From: an uncultured delta proteobacterium
GTDB taxonomy: Bacteria; Myxococcota_A; Polyangia; Polyangiales; Polyangiaceae
NCBI GenBank assembly: GCA_963716725.1
Contig: CAVQUB010000008.1
Span: forward strand, 192,001-256,000
Length of the DNA: 64,000 nt
Direction: 5' to 3'
This document shows, in pieces, positions 1-10,274 of the stretch (its first letter is position 1; each line of letters opens with the position of its first letter). Under the pieces are notes generated by a model. The model searched no databases. It was not told the origin of the DNA and saw nothing but the letters and a program-made list of their open reading frames with translations. Both the position numbers and the translations under genes were made by a program.

Positions 1-2
1 GT

Positions 3-458
3 CCAGCCAACGTACCGATGGAGTTGGCCCGAGACCTCGTATTTGGCCAGCAGGGCCGAGAGCCGGCGGCTGAGATGTCGAGCCGTCATGCTCTCAGCGT
101 GAACGCTGCGCGCCACGCTGGAGCCTCTCAGCTGCGACAGTACCAGGTCGCCGTCGCGCTCGCGTTCGAAGGGGATCTCGAGGCGTTCGAGGCGCTCGAG
201 CTGGGCCGACGCTCCGTTGGTCATCGACTCGAGAAAAGGGCGCGAGCCTGGGCCCGCGAGGGCGAGCAGGTCGTCGAGATGTCGGCTCGGGCTGTCGTCG
301 GCGCCTCGTGCGGCGTCGAAACCATCATGGCGGTGGGTCGACTCGGTGTGTTCGGCCGGTTCGCGCGCCAGCAGCAACACCGGGATGGCGGCCGCCGCGA
401 GGGCGAGCGCGGTGGCCTGGCCCGCGATGCCCTCGCCGACTACCAGCGCGGGCTTCAC
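3..458 (-). CDS. Divergent succinate dehydrogenase flavoprotein (SdhA)-like protein, N-terminal part (runs off window start)
   Basis: Hand translation from GTG at 458, which overlaps the sdhC stop (GTGA): VKPALVVGEGIAGQATAL...DSPSRHLDD...IPFERERDG...KYEVSGQLHRYVGW. GxGxxG FAD motif; colinear with the Bacillus-type SdhA N-terminus. Not in the ORF track. Confidence 0.7.
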   Translation of the reverse strand, partial: MKPALVVGEGIAGQATALALAAAAIPVLLLAREPAEHTESTHRHDGFDAARGADDSPSRHLDDLLALAGPGSRPFLESMTNGASAQLERLERLEIPFERERDGDLVLSQLRGSSVARSVHAESMTARHLSRRLSALLAKYEVSGQLHRYVGW

Positions 459-1141
459 GTGGTGCCCCAGGGCGCGGCCGTGCCGGTCGCCAGGTGGATC
501 ACCGTGGTCGCGCCGAGGGCGAAGAGCACGGCGCTGAATAGCGCACAGGCGATCCGCAACCGCTCGAGGGATTTCAGCGAGCGCACCAGGCCGAAGCTGG
601 CGCAGAACCCCACCACGCCGTTGCCCAAGTGGTACGCTGTGGCTGCGATCCCGATCAGGTACACCGCGGCGTAGAAGGGAACGCCGAGGGGTCCCGTGCT
701 CGACAGGCTGGCCACGAGTTCGCCGTGCAAATCGGCACTCGCCGCCTGTCCAATCACGAGCTTCACGCGCGTCTGCCACAGATGCCCAACGACGAACAGG
801 AGCACGACCACGCCGGTTGCGCGTTGCAGCACCCAGGCCAGGTTGCCCGAGTACGGGTAGGCAGAGACGTTCGCGCGTGACTTCGCGGTGAGGGCTAGTC
901 CGACTCCGGCGTGGACCAACAAGGGTAAGCCGATCAGCAACGCTTCGATGGTCATTCGCGTCGGGGTGAGGCGCGCGAGCGCACCCGAAAACGCCTCGGG
1001 ACCACGCAACGCTTGGGTCATGGCCACCAGGTGCGCGACCACGAAGACGCCCAAGGGCACCACGCCGCACAGCGACATCACGCGCCGCTGCACGAATTCG
1101 CGTCGATTCGTCTCGACCAGAGGCGGTCGGTCTTCACTCAC
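455..1141 (-). CDS. sdhC: Succinate dehydrogenase cytochrome b558 subunit (Bacillus-type SdhC)
   Basis: Five TM segments; SLCGVVPLGVFVVAHL, LQRATG, YHLGNG; four His at heme-ligand positions (AHL, VHAG, GHLW, YHLG). Confidence 0.85.
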   Translation of the reverse strand: MSEDRPPLVETNRREFVQRRVMSLCGVVPLGVFVVAHLVAMTQALRGPEAFSGALARLTPTRMTIEALLIGLPLLVHAGVGLALTAKSRANVSAYPYSGNLAWVLQRATGVVVLLFVVGHLWQTRVKLVIGQAASADLHGELVASLSSTGPLGVPFYAAVYLIGIAATAYHLGNGVVGFCASFGLVRSLKSLERLRIACALFSAVLFALGATTVIHLATGTAAPWGTT

Positions 1142-1177
1142 GTCGATGGGGTCGACCGTATCGCAGGCAGGGTGGGC

Positions 1178-2303
1178 TCAGGAAGGCCCCTGGGTGGCAC
1201 AGCCAAACAGCACGTCGACTTGACCCTTGGTGTTCTTCACCATCGAGCAGGTGCTCGGGCAGAGCAGGATCTTGGTGGGGGCCGCGTCGTTGTCGTAGTA
1301 CCAGCCGTTGCCCGCGGCGGGGCACGCCGCCTGATTGGCGTATTTGGGCCAGGTCTCGGGCTGGCCGCCCAGCGGCGTGAACGTGACGTTCACCTTCTGG
1401 TGATCGACCACGCCGCCTTCGGGCGTCGGGATCAGGTACTCGCAGGCGAGGGCGGCTCCGCGGATCTTGTTGAGCGCGTCGATGAACTGCTGACCGACGT
1501 TGCCAGAGGTATCCACGATGAACGCGGCGTTCGTGCCGCCCGCTTGCGCGATCTGGTTCAGATTCGAGAGCGCCGAGCCGACGCCGATCACGAAGGTCAG
1601 GATCTTGGGTGAGCCGTTGACGCCCTGTTGCGCGATCCCCGAAGCAGCGCCCACGCTGCTCGAGCAGTCGTTGGGCTGCCCGTCCGTCGCGAGCACGATC
1701 ACGACGACGTGGTCGGGGTTCTTTATCGCGTGCGTCTGCGCATACGACAGCGCACCTTGCATCGCCGGCACGGTGGGCGTGCCGCCATTCGGGCTCGTGC
1801 CGCCCAGCGCGCCGATCACGCTGCCCGCGTTGCCCGGCAGCACATTGATGGGCACGCTCGGGTTCGAGTAAGTCGACGGCGAACACTGGGGCGAATCGGG
1901 GAAGAAGTCCAAACCCACGCCGATGCCCGCGGACTGCGAGTCGTTCACGAATGAAGTGATGGCGCTGACCGTGCTCGTCCACTTGCCGCCGCCCATCGAG
2001 CCGGACTTATCGAGCATGATGTAGATGTCGAGCGGGAGCGGTTCGGCCTTCTGCGTCTCCGTCGCGCAGGCGTTGCCGTCGGTCAGCGCCCCGTCGCCGC
2101 TCCCCGAGTCGATGAGCAAGCCGCCGCCGGAGCCGGTGGTCGCCCCGCTTCCTGATGAGCCAGCACCGGATCCGCCGGCAGCGGTCGCGCCACCGTCGCC
2201 CCCCGCAATGCTGCCTCCGTCTTCGGCCGCACCACACGCCACCGCCAACGCGATGCTGCCTGCCGCCGCCCTGAGCCGAGATCCCGACGAGTCGCTTGGC
2301 CAT
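1178..2303 (-). CDS. VWA-domain lipoprotein (frameshift near 2276)
   Basis: MIDAS motif DKSGSM, TPT, ATDGQP. AGGAG RBS then ATG at 2303 (MAKRLVGIS), one base out of frame with the lipobox LAVAC. Gly-rich linker. Confidence 0.8.
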
Positions 2304-2357
2304 GTCGTTCTCCTGCACACAGGGTACTCTAACGGCGCCGCCTGCGGCGCCCCGCCG

Positions 2358-4205
2358 ATGTCTCGTCCCTCCTTTCTGTCCACGCGGCAGATTTCCGTTC
2401 TTGTCGTCCTCGTTGCCATTGGCTGCGGCGGGTCGTCTGCGAACGGACATGCGCCCCAGGCCAACGTCGCGGCGTCGACCGCGGCGCAGAGAGAGTTCCG
2501 GGAGATCCACCGGCTTTGGACCACGTTGGCGCCCGAGCAGCGCGCGCGTCTCGGGCCCGCCCTCGACGCATTCGTGAAGCGTCACCCTGATGACCGGCGT
2601 GCGCGCCGGGCGCGGATCTACCGGGCTTGGATCCATGTTCAGCAGGGGCGCGTGGACGAGGCGCGTGTCCTGGTGAAGGAAGTTCGGGCGGGCCCCAGCG
2701 GCGTCGTTCGGGATTTCGCCGCGGTAGTCGAGGCGGCCATCTTGCTCAGGGAGGGCAAACCCGACCAGGCACTCAGCGTGCTGTCGCCGCTCGAGGGCAA
2801 GATCATCGATCCCGAAGAGCGATTCCTGTTTGGTGAGCAACGGGTCATCGCAGCCCTCGGTGCCCGCCGGCCCGCGCTCGCACTCCGCGCCATGCGCGAC
2901 TGGCTTGGCGAGACTGCGCCCGAAGAACGAGACGCCGTTCGCGGGCGGTTGCTGGAGCTCACCCGGCAAATCCCCGCCGAACCGCTGTTTCGCGCGTTCA
3001 CCGAGATGGAGGCGGAGAAGAGCGAGGTCACCGCCAATCCCGATCGTGCCCGCGCCCGCGAGTTCCTGATCCCGCTCACCGCTGAGCGGCTGTCGGAGCT
3101 TGCCATTCGACGCGGCGATGGCGGACTCGCCCGCAAGCTGCTCGACAGCGGTCATCCGGTCTTTCGGCGTGGCGTGCGCGGTCAAGAGCTCGCTCGCATC
3201 GCCGCAGCAGGTTCGGTGCTGCCGCGAGTCGTGGGCCGATCTCTGGGGCTCGTGCTCAGCATCGGGAGCGCGGAGCAGCGCCGTCGCTCTGCCCAGGCTG
3301 CTGCGGGGGTGGCGCGCGCGCTCGGTTTGCCTGCGTCGGCAGCCGAGCGTGACGCGGTGCAGCTCCTGACCAGCGAGGACGACGGTTCTGAACACGGCGT
3401 CGCGCATGCGCTCGCAGAGCTGGCGGGCGAGGGCGCGACTATTCTGATCGCCGGAGTCGACCCGCCAACGGCGGCGGCGGCCGCTCGGTACTCGGCGCAC
3501 ACCGGCATCCCGGTGTTGCTGCTGGCCGACGCAGCCCCCCGGGGCGGTCCGGAGCTGGTGCTGGCCGAGACCGCGGCGCGGGAGGCTCAGACCCTGAACG
3601 AGGGCGCGCGTGCCCTCGGCCTGGACCCCGCCGCTCGCGTCGGGCCCGAGGGAGTCTCCTGCGATGTCGCAGCGAGCGCCGCAGGGCAGCCGCGTTTCCC
3701 GGTTCAGCTCTGGAAGACCGAGCGAGTCGAGGGTGTGCTCGTGCAGGGCGATGCCGCGTGCGCCCGCGACGTCGCGCGCGAGTCTCAAGAAACGGGTCGG
3801 CGTGTGACCCTCGGGCTCGGGCTCGAGGCTGGCGAGGTGTTTGCGGTGCTCGATCCGTTGCAGCCGCGCTTCGCTCTGGCTGCGGGGTCGTTTCCAGATC
3901 GGCCCGGGGCTACTGCGCCGCAGGCTCAACAGAAGCTCGTGGCGCAGTCTGGTCACGCACCGAGCTGGTTCACCACACTGGGTCACGACGCTGCGCTGCT
4001 CGCGCAGGTCGCGCTCGGAGGCTTTCCGCTCGACCGGGCCGACGACGCTCGGGTCGTCGCGGAGCTGCACCAGCGCGCGGTGCTCGAGCTGTCTCGCGCC
4101 GAGGCTCCGCTTTGGTCCAGCGACAAGCGTGGGTTTTTCGGAGCGCGGGTCCTTCCGCGCACGCTCACGGCGGTGGTGTGGACTCGAGGCAAGGCGCCGC
4201 CATGA
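2358..4205 (+). CDS. Lipoprotein with TPR-like N-terminus and periplasmic-binding-protein-like C-terminus (LpoA/LppC-like)
   Basis: Signal peptide with VAIGC lipobox; helical repeats, then SLGLVLS...ATILIAGVD...GIPVLLL...TLGHDAALL as in type I PBP-fold proteins. Confidence 0.5.
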   Translation: MSRPSFLSTRQISVLVVLVAIGCGGSSANGHAPQANVAASTAAQREFREIHRLWTTLAPEQRARLGPALDAFVKRHPDDRRARRARIYRAWIHVQQGRVDEARVLVKEVRAGPSGVVRDFAAVVEAAILLREGKPDQALSVLSPLEGKIIDPEERFLFGEQRVIAALGARRPALALRAMRDWLGETAPEERDAVRGRLLELTRQIPAEPLFRAFTEMEAEKSEVTANPDRARAREFLIPLTAERLSELAIRRGDGGLARKLLDSGHPVFRRGVRGQELARIAAAGSVLPRVVGRSLGLVLSIGSAEQRRRSAQAAAGVARALGLPASAAERDAVQLLTSEDDGSEHGVAHALAELAGEGATILIAGVDPPTAAAAARYSAHTGIPVLLLADAAPRGGPELVLAETAAREAQTLNEGARALGLDPAARVGPEGVSCDVAASAAGQPRFPVQLWKTERVEGVLVQGDAACARDVARESQETGRRVTLGLGLEAGEVFAVLDPLQPRFALAAGSFPDRPGATAPQAQQKLVAQSGHAPSWFTTLGHDAALLAQVALGGFPLDRADDARVVAELHQRAVLELSRAEAPLWSSDKRGFFGARVLPRTLTAVVWTRGKAPP

Positions 4206-4672
4206 ACGAGCCAAGGCTCGAAATCGAGCTACCGACCCGGCGTGCGACCACTCGGTTGGCGGCTCGCGTTGCGCCGCACCTCGAAGCGGGCGATCTCTTG
4301 GTGCTCTCCGGCGCGCTGGGTGCCGGCAAGACCTTCTTCGTGCGCGCTCTCTGCCGCGCGCTTGGGCTTCCGGCGAGTGTCCCGGTCACGAGCCCGACCT
4401 TCTCACTCATTGTCGAGCACGACACGCGACCTCCGCTGGCGCACGCGGACTTGTACCGCCTGTCCACCCCGAACGACGTCCAAGGCCTCGGGCTCGATCA
4501 CCAACGCGATGATGGCCGATTGGTCGTCGTGGAGTGGGGTGAGCCGTTCATCGCGCTTCTCGGCGGGGACGCCCTGATACTGGCGCTGGCCCTCGATCCG
4601 CGGCGCGCGAGTTTCAGCGCCACCGGCTCGCGCTCGCGGCGAATTCTGGCGGACTTGGCCCAAAGCGGTTAG
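4202..4672 (+). CDS. tsaE: tRNA threonylcarbamoyladenosine biosynthesis ATPase TsaE
   Basis: LSGALGAGKTFF, VTSPTFSL, HADLYRL, VVEWG; ATG overlaps the upstream stop. Confidence 0.93.
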   Translation: MNEPRLEIELPTRRATTRLAARVAPHLEAGDLLVLSGALGAGKTFFVRALCRALGLPASVPVTSPTFSLIVEHDTRPPLAHADLYRLSTPNDVQGLGLDHQRDDGRLVVVEWGEPFIALLGGDALILALALDPRRASFSATGSRSRRILADLAQSG

Positions 4673-4687
4673 GTGTCACGGCTGGGT

Positions 4688-5497
4688 ATGGCCGTGACGG
4701 CAGCGCAACAGACCGGGACGGGGCCGAGCGTGATCGGGGATCTGATCCGAACCCCGGTCGCCACGCTGGAGAAGGTTGGGCAGTTCGTGTTGCTCACGAC
4801 CCGCACGGTCAGCTGGATGATCCGGCCGCCCTACCGTCTCGGACAGCTGCTCTCGGCCATGGATTTCGTCGGGGTGCAGTCGGTGTTCATCGTCTCGCTC
4901 ACCGGCATCTTCAGCGGCATGGTGCTGACTCTTCAGACCGTGAACAGCCTGCGGCAGTTCAGCGCCGAAGGCAGCGTCGGCGCCATCGTCGCGATCTCAC
5001 TCTGCCGGGAGATCGCCCCGGTGTTCAGCGCGCTGATGGTGACCGCCCGCGCCGGAAGCGCGATGGCCGCCGAGCTTGGCAACATGCGGGTGACGGAGCA
5101 GATCGACGCGCTCGTCACCATGGGCGTGAGCCCCGTGCAGTACTTGCTCTCGCCGCGCATGCTCGCAGCCGTGTTGATGGGACCGCTTCTGTGCGTGCTC
5201 TACGGTTCTGTCGGCATGGTCGGCGCTTGGATCGTCGCCGTGAAGTGGCTCAGCGTCGATCCCGGCGTGTTCGTCGCCAACATCGAGCGCTACTTGGAGC
5301 TCAAGGATCTCTGGATGGGCGTGTTCAAGTCCGCGATCTTCGGCTTCTTGATCTCGGCCATCTCGTGCAACCAGGGCTTCTACGCCAAGGGAGGCGCCCG
5401 CGGCGTGGGCATCGCCACCACCAAAGCCGTCGTGCAAAGCGCAGTGGCGCTCTTGATCGCGAACTACTTCATCACCGATTGGCTCACTGCGTTGTGA
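4688..5497 (+). CDS. mlaE: ABC transporter permease MlaE family
   Basis: REIAPVFSALMVTARAGSAMAAELGNMRVTEQIDAL...PR; GVGIATTKAVV. Confidence 0.92.
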   Translation: MAVTAAQQTGTGPSVIGDLIRTPVATLEKVGQFVLLTTRTVSWMIRPPYRLGQLLSAMDFVGVQSVFIVSLTGIFSGMVLTLQTVNSLRQFSAEGSVGAIVAISLCREIAPVFSALMVTARAGSAMAAELGNMRVTEQIDALVTMGVSPVQYLLSPRMLAAVLMGPLLCVLYGSVGMVGAWIVAVKWLSVDPGVFVANIERYLELKDLWMGVFKSAIFGFLISAISCNQGFYAKGGARGVGIATTKAVVQSAVALLIANYFITDWLTAL

Positions 5498-5510
5498 TAT
5501 CGATGGGGGG

Positions 5511-5963
5511 GTGGGCATGAACACCGGAACTTTGCCGAGCGCGAAAGACGATGACGGCGACGACGTGCGCTGGGCGCTGGAGACCGCGAACGCCGTCTGG
5601 GCGCAGGGCGACAAACGCGCCGCGCTCTCCTGGGTGCGCCGCGCGGCCGAGGCAGCGGCGGAGGTGGGGTCGGACCAGCGTGCCGTCGAGTTGGCCAAGG
5701 CGGCCGCGGAGCTGCGCGCGGTGCTGGAAATTCCCCGGACCCTGCCGCCGCCAGCCCCGCCGTCGGCGGAGCCGTCGGAGATTCCGCAGCAGGCTCGCGT
5801 GCGTCACCACGCCGTTCGTGTCGCCGTGATGCTCTCCCCCGATCACGACGGAGCCTTTCTGGCGTGGCCGCTCAAGACCGGCGAAGCCGCACCGTCGAAC
5901 GCCCACGAGGCGTTGTTCGTCGCTCTCGATCCCGAGGCCGACCTGTTTGTGTTCAAGATGTGA
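5511..5963 (+). CDS. Hypothetical protein
   Basis: Co-oriented ORF filling the gap after mlaE; helical N-domain, Pro linker, small C-domain. Confidence 0.6.
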   Translation: MGMNTGTLPSAKDDDGDDVRWALETANAVWAQGDKRAALSWVRRAAEAAAEVGSDQRAVELAKAAAELRAVLEIPRTLPPPAPPSAEPSEIPQQARVRHHAVRVAVMLSPDHDGAFLAWPLKTGEAAPSNAHEALFVALDPEADLFVFKM

Positions 5964-8182
5964 TCAGCGGCGCCACAGCTCTTCGAGCAAGCCGGGGTTT
6001 TCGCGGCTCGCGTCGACGGGCACCAGCTTTGCGTGCTCCAGGCCGCCACCGGTGCGGAGGCGCAGCAGGTCCCACGCGTCTTTCGCGCCCATGAACTGCC
6101 CGCCGCTGTCGTGCACGATGCCCGCCTTGCGATCGAAGCGCGCGCGCAGCGTGAGCGCGCGGCCGTCCCGGATCGCGTGCAGGCGCGCTTGATGACCCGC
6201 ACCGAGCAGCACCTCGCCCCCTGGGTGCCACTCCAAGCTCCAAATGCGCGCCTCGTGTCCGGCCAGGGTGCGGTCGAGCTTCCGGCGAATGACATCGACG
6301 ACGCGGATCTGACTGTCGTCGCTGGCGATGGCGAGGAGCCTGCCGTTGGGGCTCCATTTGATCTGACGGATCGGGTGCCCCACTTGCAGCACCTCGGACG
6401 CATGGCCATTGCGCCACACGCTCACGCCGCGTTCCATGTTTGGAAACGCAATCGCGCCGCCGTCGGGCGAGAGCACCGGAGCGGCGTGCAAGGTCCGTCC
6501 TTCGATCTTGTCGAGCAGTCGCCCCGAGTCGACGTCCCAGCGCGCGATGAACTTGCTGGAGGCGGTGATCAGCGTCGTGCCATCCGCCGAGAATGACAGC
6601 GCTTCGACCCGGGCCCAGGCTGCGACCGGCTTCAGGTCGAGGTGGCGCAGCGGTTTCCAGGTGACAGCGTCGATCAAGGCGACGCCCTCGGCTCCTCCCA
6701 CCGCGACCACGGATTTGCTCCAGGCGACGCCACCAACCATCCGGATGCCGACCGAGATGGTCTTCACCACCTTGCGTTTGCCGCGGTCCCAGACACTCAG
6801 ACGCTTGGCGTCGAACACGGCGACTTGCCGCGCGTCCGGCGAGAACGCGAAGCGCGCTCCCCAATCGTCCCGGGTCGGGACGCTGATGGTGCCCGCCTCG
6901 GCGCCGCGAGCGATGTCCCAGACCGACACCGTTCCGTTGCCGACCGCGGCAGCGACGAGGGCGCCATCCGGTGACCAGGCGGGCGGACCCACCGCCGAGG
7001 TCTTGGCGCGGAATCGCTGGAGGATCTCCCCGATCGAGCGCTCCACACGTCGACCCATCCGGTAGCCGCTGTCGCGATGTGCTCGCCCGTCGGGTCGAAG
7101 CTCGCCGCCGTGACGCTGCCCCAAGGGGATCCCAGGCCGCGCACCGGTGCGCCGGAGCTCGCGCTCCACAGGCGCACCTGCGCGTCGTCGTTGCCCGTGG
7201 CGACGAGCGAAGCGTCGGGACTCACCGCCATCGATTCGAGGATGCCGACCGGGAACTTGGTGAGCGTCTTTCCCGTCTCGCTGTCGAGCACCAACACGTT
7301 GGTCCCCGATCCGGTGAACAGCCGGCGGCCGTCGCGGCTGAAGGCTGGGCGCCCCACGCGCTCGGCGGTCTTGAGCGTGCGCGACACCTCGCCCGTCGTC
7401 GGGTCGACGAGCTTCACTCCGCCGTCGCTCGAAACCGCGAGCCGTCCGTCGGGCGCGAAGCTCACGCCCCGCACGCGCTCCGTGATTCGAAAACGTACCG
7501 AGAGCTTCTTGGCGTCCCAGATGTGGGTGATGCCAGCGAGGCTCGTGGTGACGATGGTGTTGTCGTCTTGCGAGAGCGTGATCCCGACCAGCTGTCGCCC
7601 TTCGCTGCCCGGGGGCTCCGCCACGCCGAGCAGTCGTCCCGTGTTCGGGTCGTAGACCGACAGCTCGGTCTTCGGGCCCACCGTGAAGACTCGCTTGCCG
7701 TCGGCCGTGACGGCGAGGTCGAAGGCTGGCTGCTCGATCACGCGCTTGGCCACGAAGCGGGCGAGATCCCAGACGATGACCTGCGAATCCCGCCCGACCG
7801 AGACCAAGGTGGTTCCGTCGGCGCTCCACGCCACGCGCTTCACCGCCTCGTGATGCCCGGTGAGCTGCGCGAGCAATCCTCCTTCGAGGTTCCAGATGCC
7901 GACGGTGTGGTCGAACCCGCCAGTCGCGAGGAAGCGACCCGTTGGGTGAAACGCCACGGACCAGACCTGGGACGAGTGCCCGGTTTGCGGGACCAGGACC
8001 GGCTCCGGAGCGGCCGCGGGCGGTGGAGCGGATTCGGGTTCGGACGGGCTCGGCGTCGCGCGCGCGGTGACCGACCTGCGCGGCAAGTCCGGTGGCAAGC
8101 CCTCCATGCACGCCGTAGCGAGCACCAAGCTCACGGCCGTGGGCCACCTTCGCACGGTCCTCCTACGACGGCCGACAGCCAT
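5964..8182 (-). CDS. WD40-repeat lipoprotein (frameshift near 7030)
   Basis: Many GH..V..VAF.P.G..LATG..D..V..W repeats split over ORFs 6797..8617 and 5964..8147; adding one G to the G4 run gives VWSARSGEILQRF. Lipobox LATAC. Confidence 0.85.
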
Positions 8183-8225
8183 CCCTTCCTGCTCCGGACC
8201 GCGCGGGGGTAGACTGCGTGACTGC

Positions 8226-8852
8226 GTGACATACTGGTCATCCGCCGTCGTCGCGCTCTGCCTGACCGGGTGCGTCGAGAGTGCGGTGGGCTTTGTCCCC
8301 CGCTTTCCCTTCGCGGAAGCACGCGATCTCGAGCTGGTGCACGAGACCCTCACGCTGGAGGTACAGCGCGACGGGTGCGTCCAGGTCTCCGCGCTGTTCC
8401 ACTTCGTTTCACACGGGCCGTCCAAGGATCGGCTGCTCACTTTCCCCATTGGTCCACCGCGGGGCGGCGCGCGCGACTTCGTGGCTGAGCTGCCGGGCCA
8501 TCGCCCCCGGCGGATCCCCGCGACGCGGGGCACTGCGGGCGCCTTGCCCATGGGCGACACCGTCGAGTCGTGGGACATCTGGCTCGACGGCGCCGCGCTC
8601 GAAGCGCACTCCGGCAAGCTCTTGGTGCGCTACGCGCAAGCCGGCGCGGGCGACTTCGGCTACGTGCTCAAGAGCGGCGCGTACTGGCGCGGGCCAATTG
8701 GTCGGCTCGTGCTGATTGTCGACGATCCGCATCTGCGCGTCCGCGCCCTCAGCGTCGAGGGGCAAAGGCTGGACACCAAGGGGAGTCGCCGTGTATCGCT
8801 CGAATTCGTAGGCGTGGAACCCGCCGACCCGGTGAGATTGGAGCTGAAGTGA
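8226..8852 (+). CDS. Putative lipoprotein, DUF4424-like
   Basis: LCLTGC lipobox; ELVHETLTL; GYVLKSGAYWRGPIG resembles the DUF4424 motif. Start uncertain. Confidence 0.5.
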   Translation: MTYWSSAVVALCLTGCVESAVGFVPRFPFAEARDLELVHETLTLEVQRDGCVQVSALFHFVSHGPSKDRLLTFPIGPPRGGARDFVAELPGHRPRRIPATRGTAGALPMGDTVESWDIWLDGAALEAHSGKLLVRYAQAGAGDFGYVLKSGAYWRGPIGRLVLIVDDPHLRVRALSVEGQRLDTKGSRRVSLEFVGVEPADPVRLELK

Positions 8853-9484
8853 GGATTTGTCGTGCATTTGCCTGCTCGTTGTCGGCGGCGGTCTCGCTCC
8901 TCACGGGCGTGGCTTTTGCGGACGGTGGCCCCAAGATCACCGACTCGCTTTGGATGCCGGTCGGCGTGAATCTCGGCTGGGCAGTCAACCCCAGCCCGGT
9001 CTCCAATGGCTTCTTGGTCGGTCCCGAAGTGAGCTTCGTCTACCTCGATCAATCCGGGCCCTGGGTCGGCGTGTACGCAGACGCGCTCTACGACGGCGGC
9101 GGAGACCGAACCCGCATCAGCATGGGAGCCGAGGCTGGGTACGCGATCCTGGGATTCGACGTCGGCTATGTCACGACCGCGCGCGGCGATCGTGAGCACG
9201 GAGTTCGCGGCCGGCTGATGTTCTCGCTCGCAGCGGTCCACCTGTACGGCGGCGCGGGGCGACTCGCTGACTCCACCTATGGAGAGGCAGGCGTGTTGAT
9301 CAAGATCCCGCTTCAGATCTGGGCGGAGACCCCGCGTCGGCCGTGGATGGATCGCCCCGAGCGCCCGTCGACCTACGAGCCTTCCGACCCGCCGCCCGCT
9401 TCGCCGGGCCCTCCAATCGATCAGCCGCTCGAGCCCGTCCCCGCAAAGCCTGCCGAGCCCGATTTCGCTCAGCCACCGTCGTGA
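8849..9484 (+). CDS. Secreted/outer-membrane beta-strand protein with Pro-rich tail
   Basis: GTG overlaps the upstream TGA; signal peptide ending VAFA; alternating amphipathic strands. Confidence 0.55.
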   Translation: MRICRAFACSLSAAVSLLTGVAFADGGPKITDSLWMPVGVNLGWAVNPSPVSNGFLVGPEVSFVYLDQSGPWVGVYADALYDGGGDRTRISMGAEAGYAILGFDVGYVTTARGDREHGVRGRLMFSLAAVHLYGGAGRLADSTYGEAGVLIKIPLQIWAETPRRPWMDRPERPSTYEPSDPPPASPGPPIDQPLEPVPAKPAEPDFAQPPS

Positions 9485-9739
9485 ACTGCGGCCCGAGGCG
9501 GCGATCGACGCGCTTCGTGACGACCCTTGGAAGTCCCCGACGGGGGACAGCCGGAGGGGTGCCAGCGGCGAATCGGCGATTGGCCACCCCGGTCTCGGCG
9601 AAGCCGCGCCGAGCAGGAGCGCGAGGCGATCGCGGTCCGGCTCGCGGCGCTCGAGGCGCGTCTGGGCGTCGACGCCAAGAAGCCCGACTGAGCGCGAACC
9701 CACCGGCCGGCGTGCTCGTCCGAACGCCGCCGGGGTCGC

Positions 9740-10192
9740 TCACCCGCCGTCGGGTTCTTCGATGCTGACCTCGAACGACGGGCCGCGGGCGATGGTCTTC
9801 TTCACCTTGCATGCCCCGATGGCGCGCAGCAGCGCGGGACGGAGCTCTTCGGGGAAACCCGTCGGGAGCGTGACATGTAGGCGGAACTCTCCGGGAACCC
9901 TTGCCGCGGGGTCGTCGATCACATCCTGGCGGATCTTCAGCCCCTCGGTGGGCAGGTCCCGCGCGTGGCAGAAGGCGAGGGCGTACACGCCGGCGCAGGT
10001 GGCGATGGACGCGAGGAAGAGATCGAAGGGACCCGGGGCGGAGTCGGCGCCGCCGTGGACCAGCGACTGATCCGTCGAAATGACCCGGTCACCGATCTGC
10101 GCGTCGACGCGTTTTCCACCGGGAAAGCTGACCTCGATGGAGGTGATTGCGGGTGGGGTGGGGTGGCGTTGGGGCATGGCTTCAGGGTTCAT
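9740..10192 (-). CDS. OsmC family protein
   Basis: TDQS..HGG..SAPGPFDLFLASIATCAG...CKVKKTI with both conserved Cys. Confidence 0.88.
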   Translation of the reverse strand: MNPEAMPQRHPTPPAITSIEVSFPGGKRVDAQIGDRVISTDQSLVHGGADSAPGPFDLFLASIATCAGVYALAFCHARDLPTEGLKIRQDVIDDPAARVPGEFRLHVTLPTGFPEELRPALLRAIGACKVKKTIARGPSFEVSIEEPDGG

Positions 10193-10274
10193 CGCACCAA
10201 GTCAGAGCCAGATGCTCGCAAATGGGGTCGCGCCCGTCGGCCCGGGTTGACGGCTGTCATGTCGCCGGGGCGCG

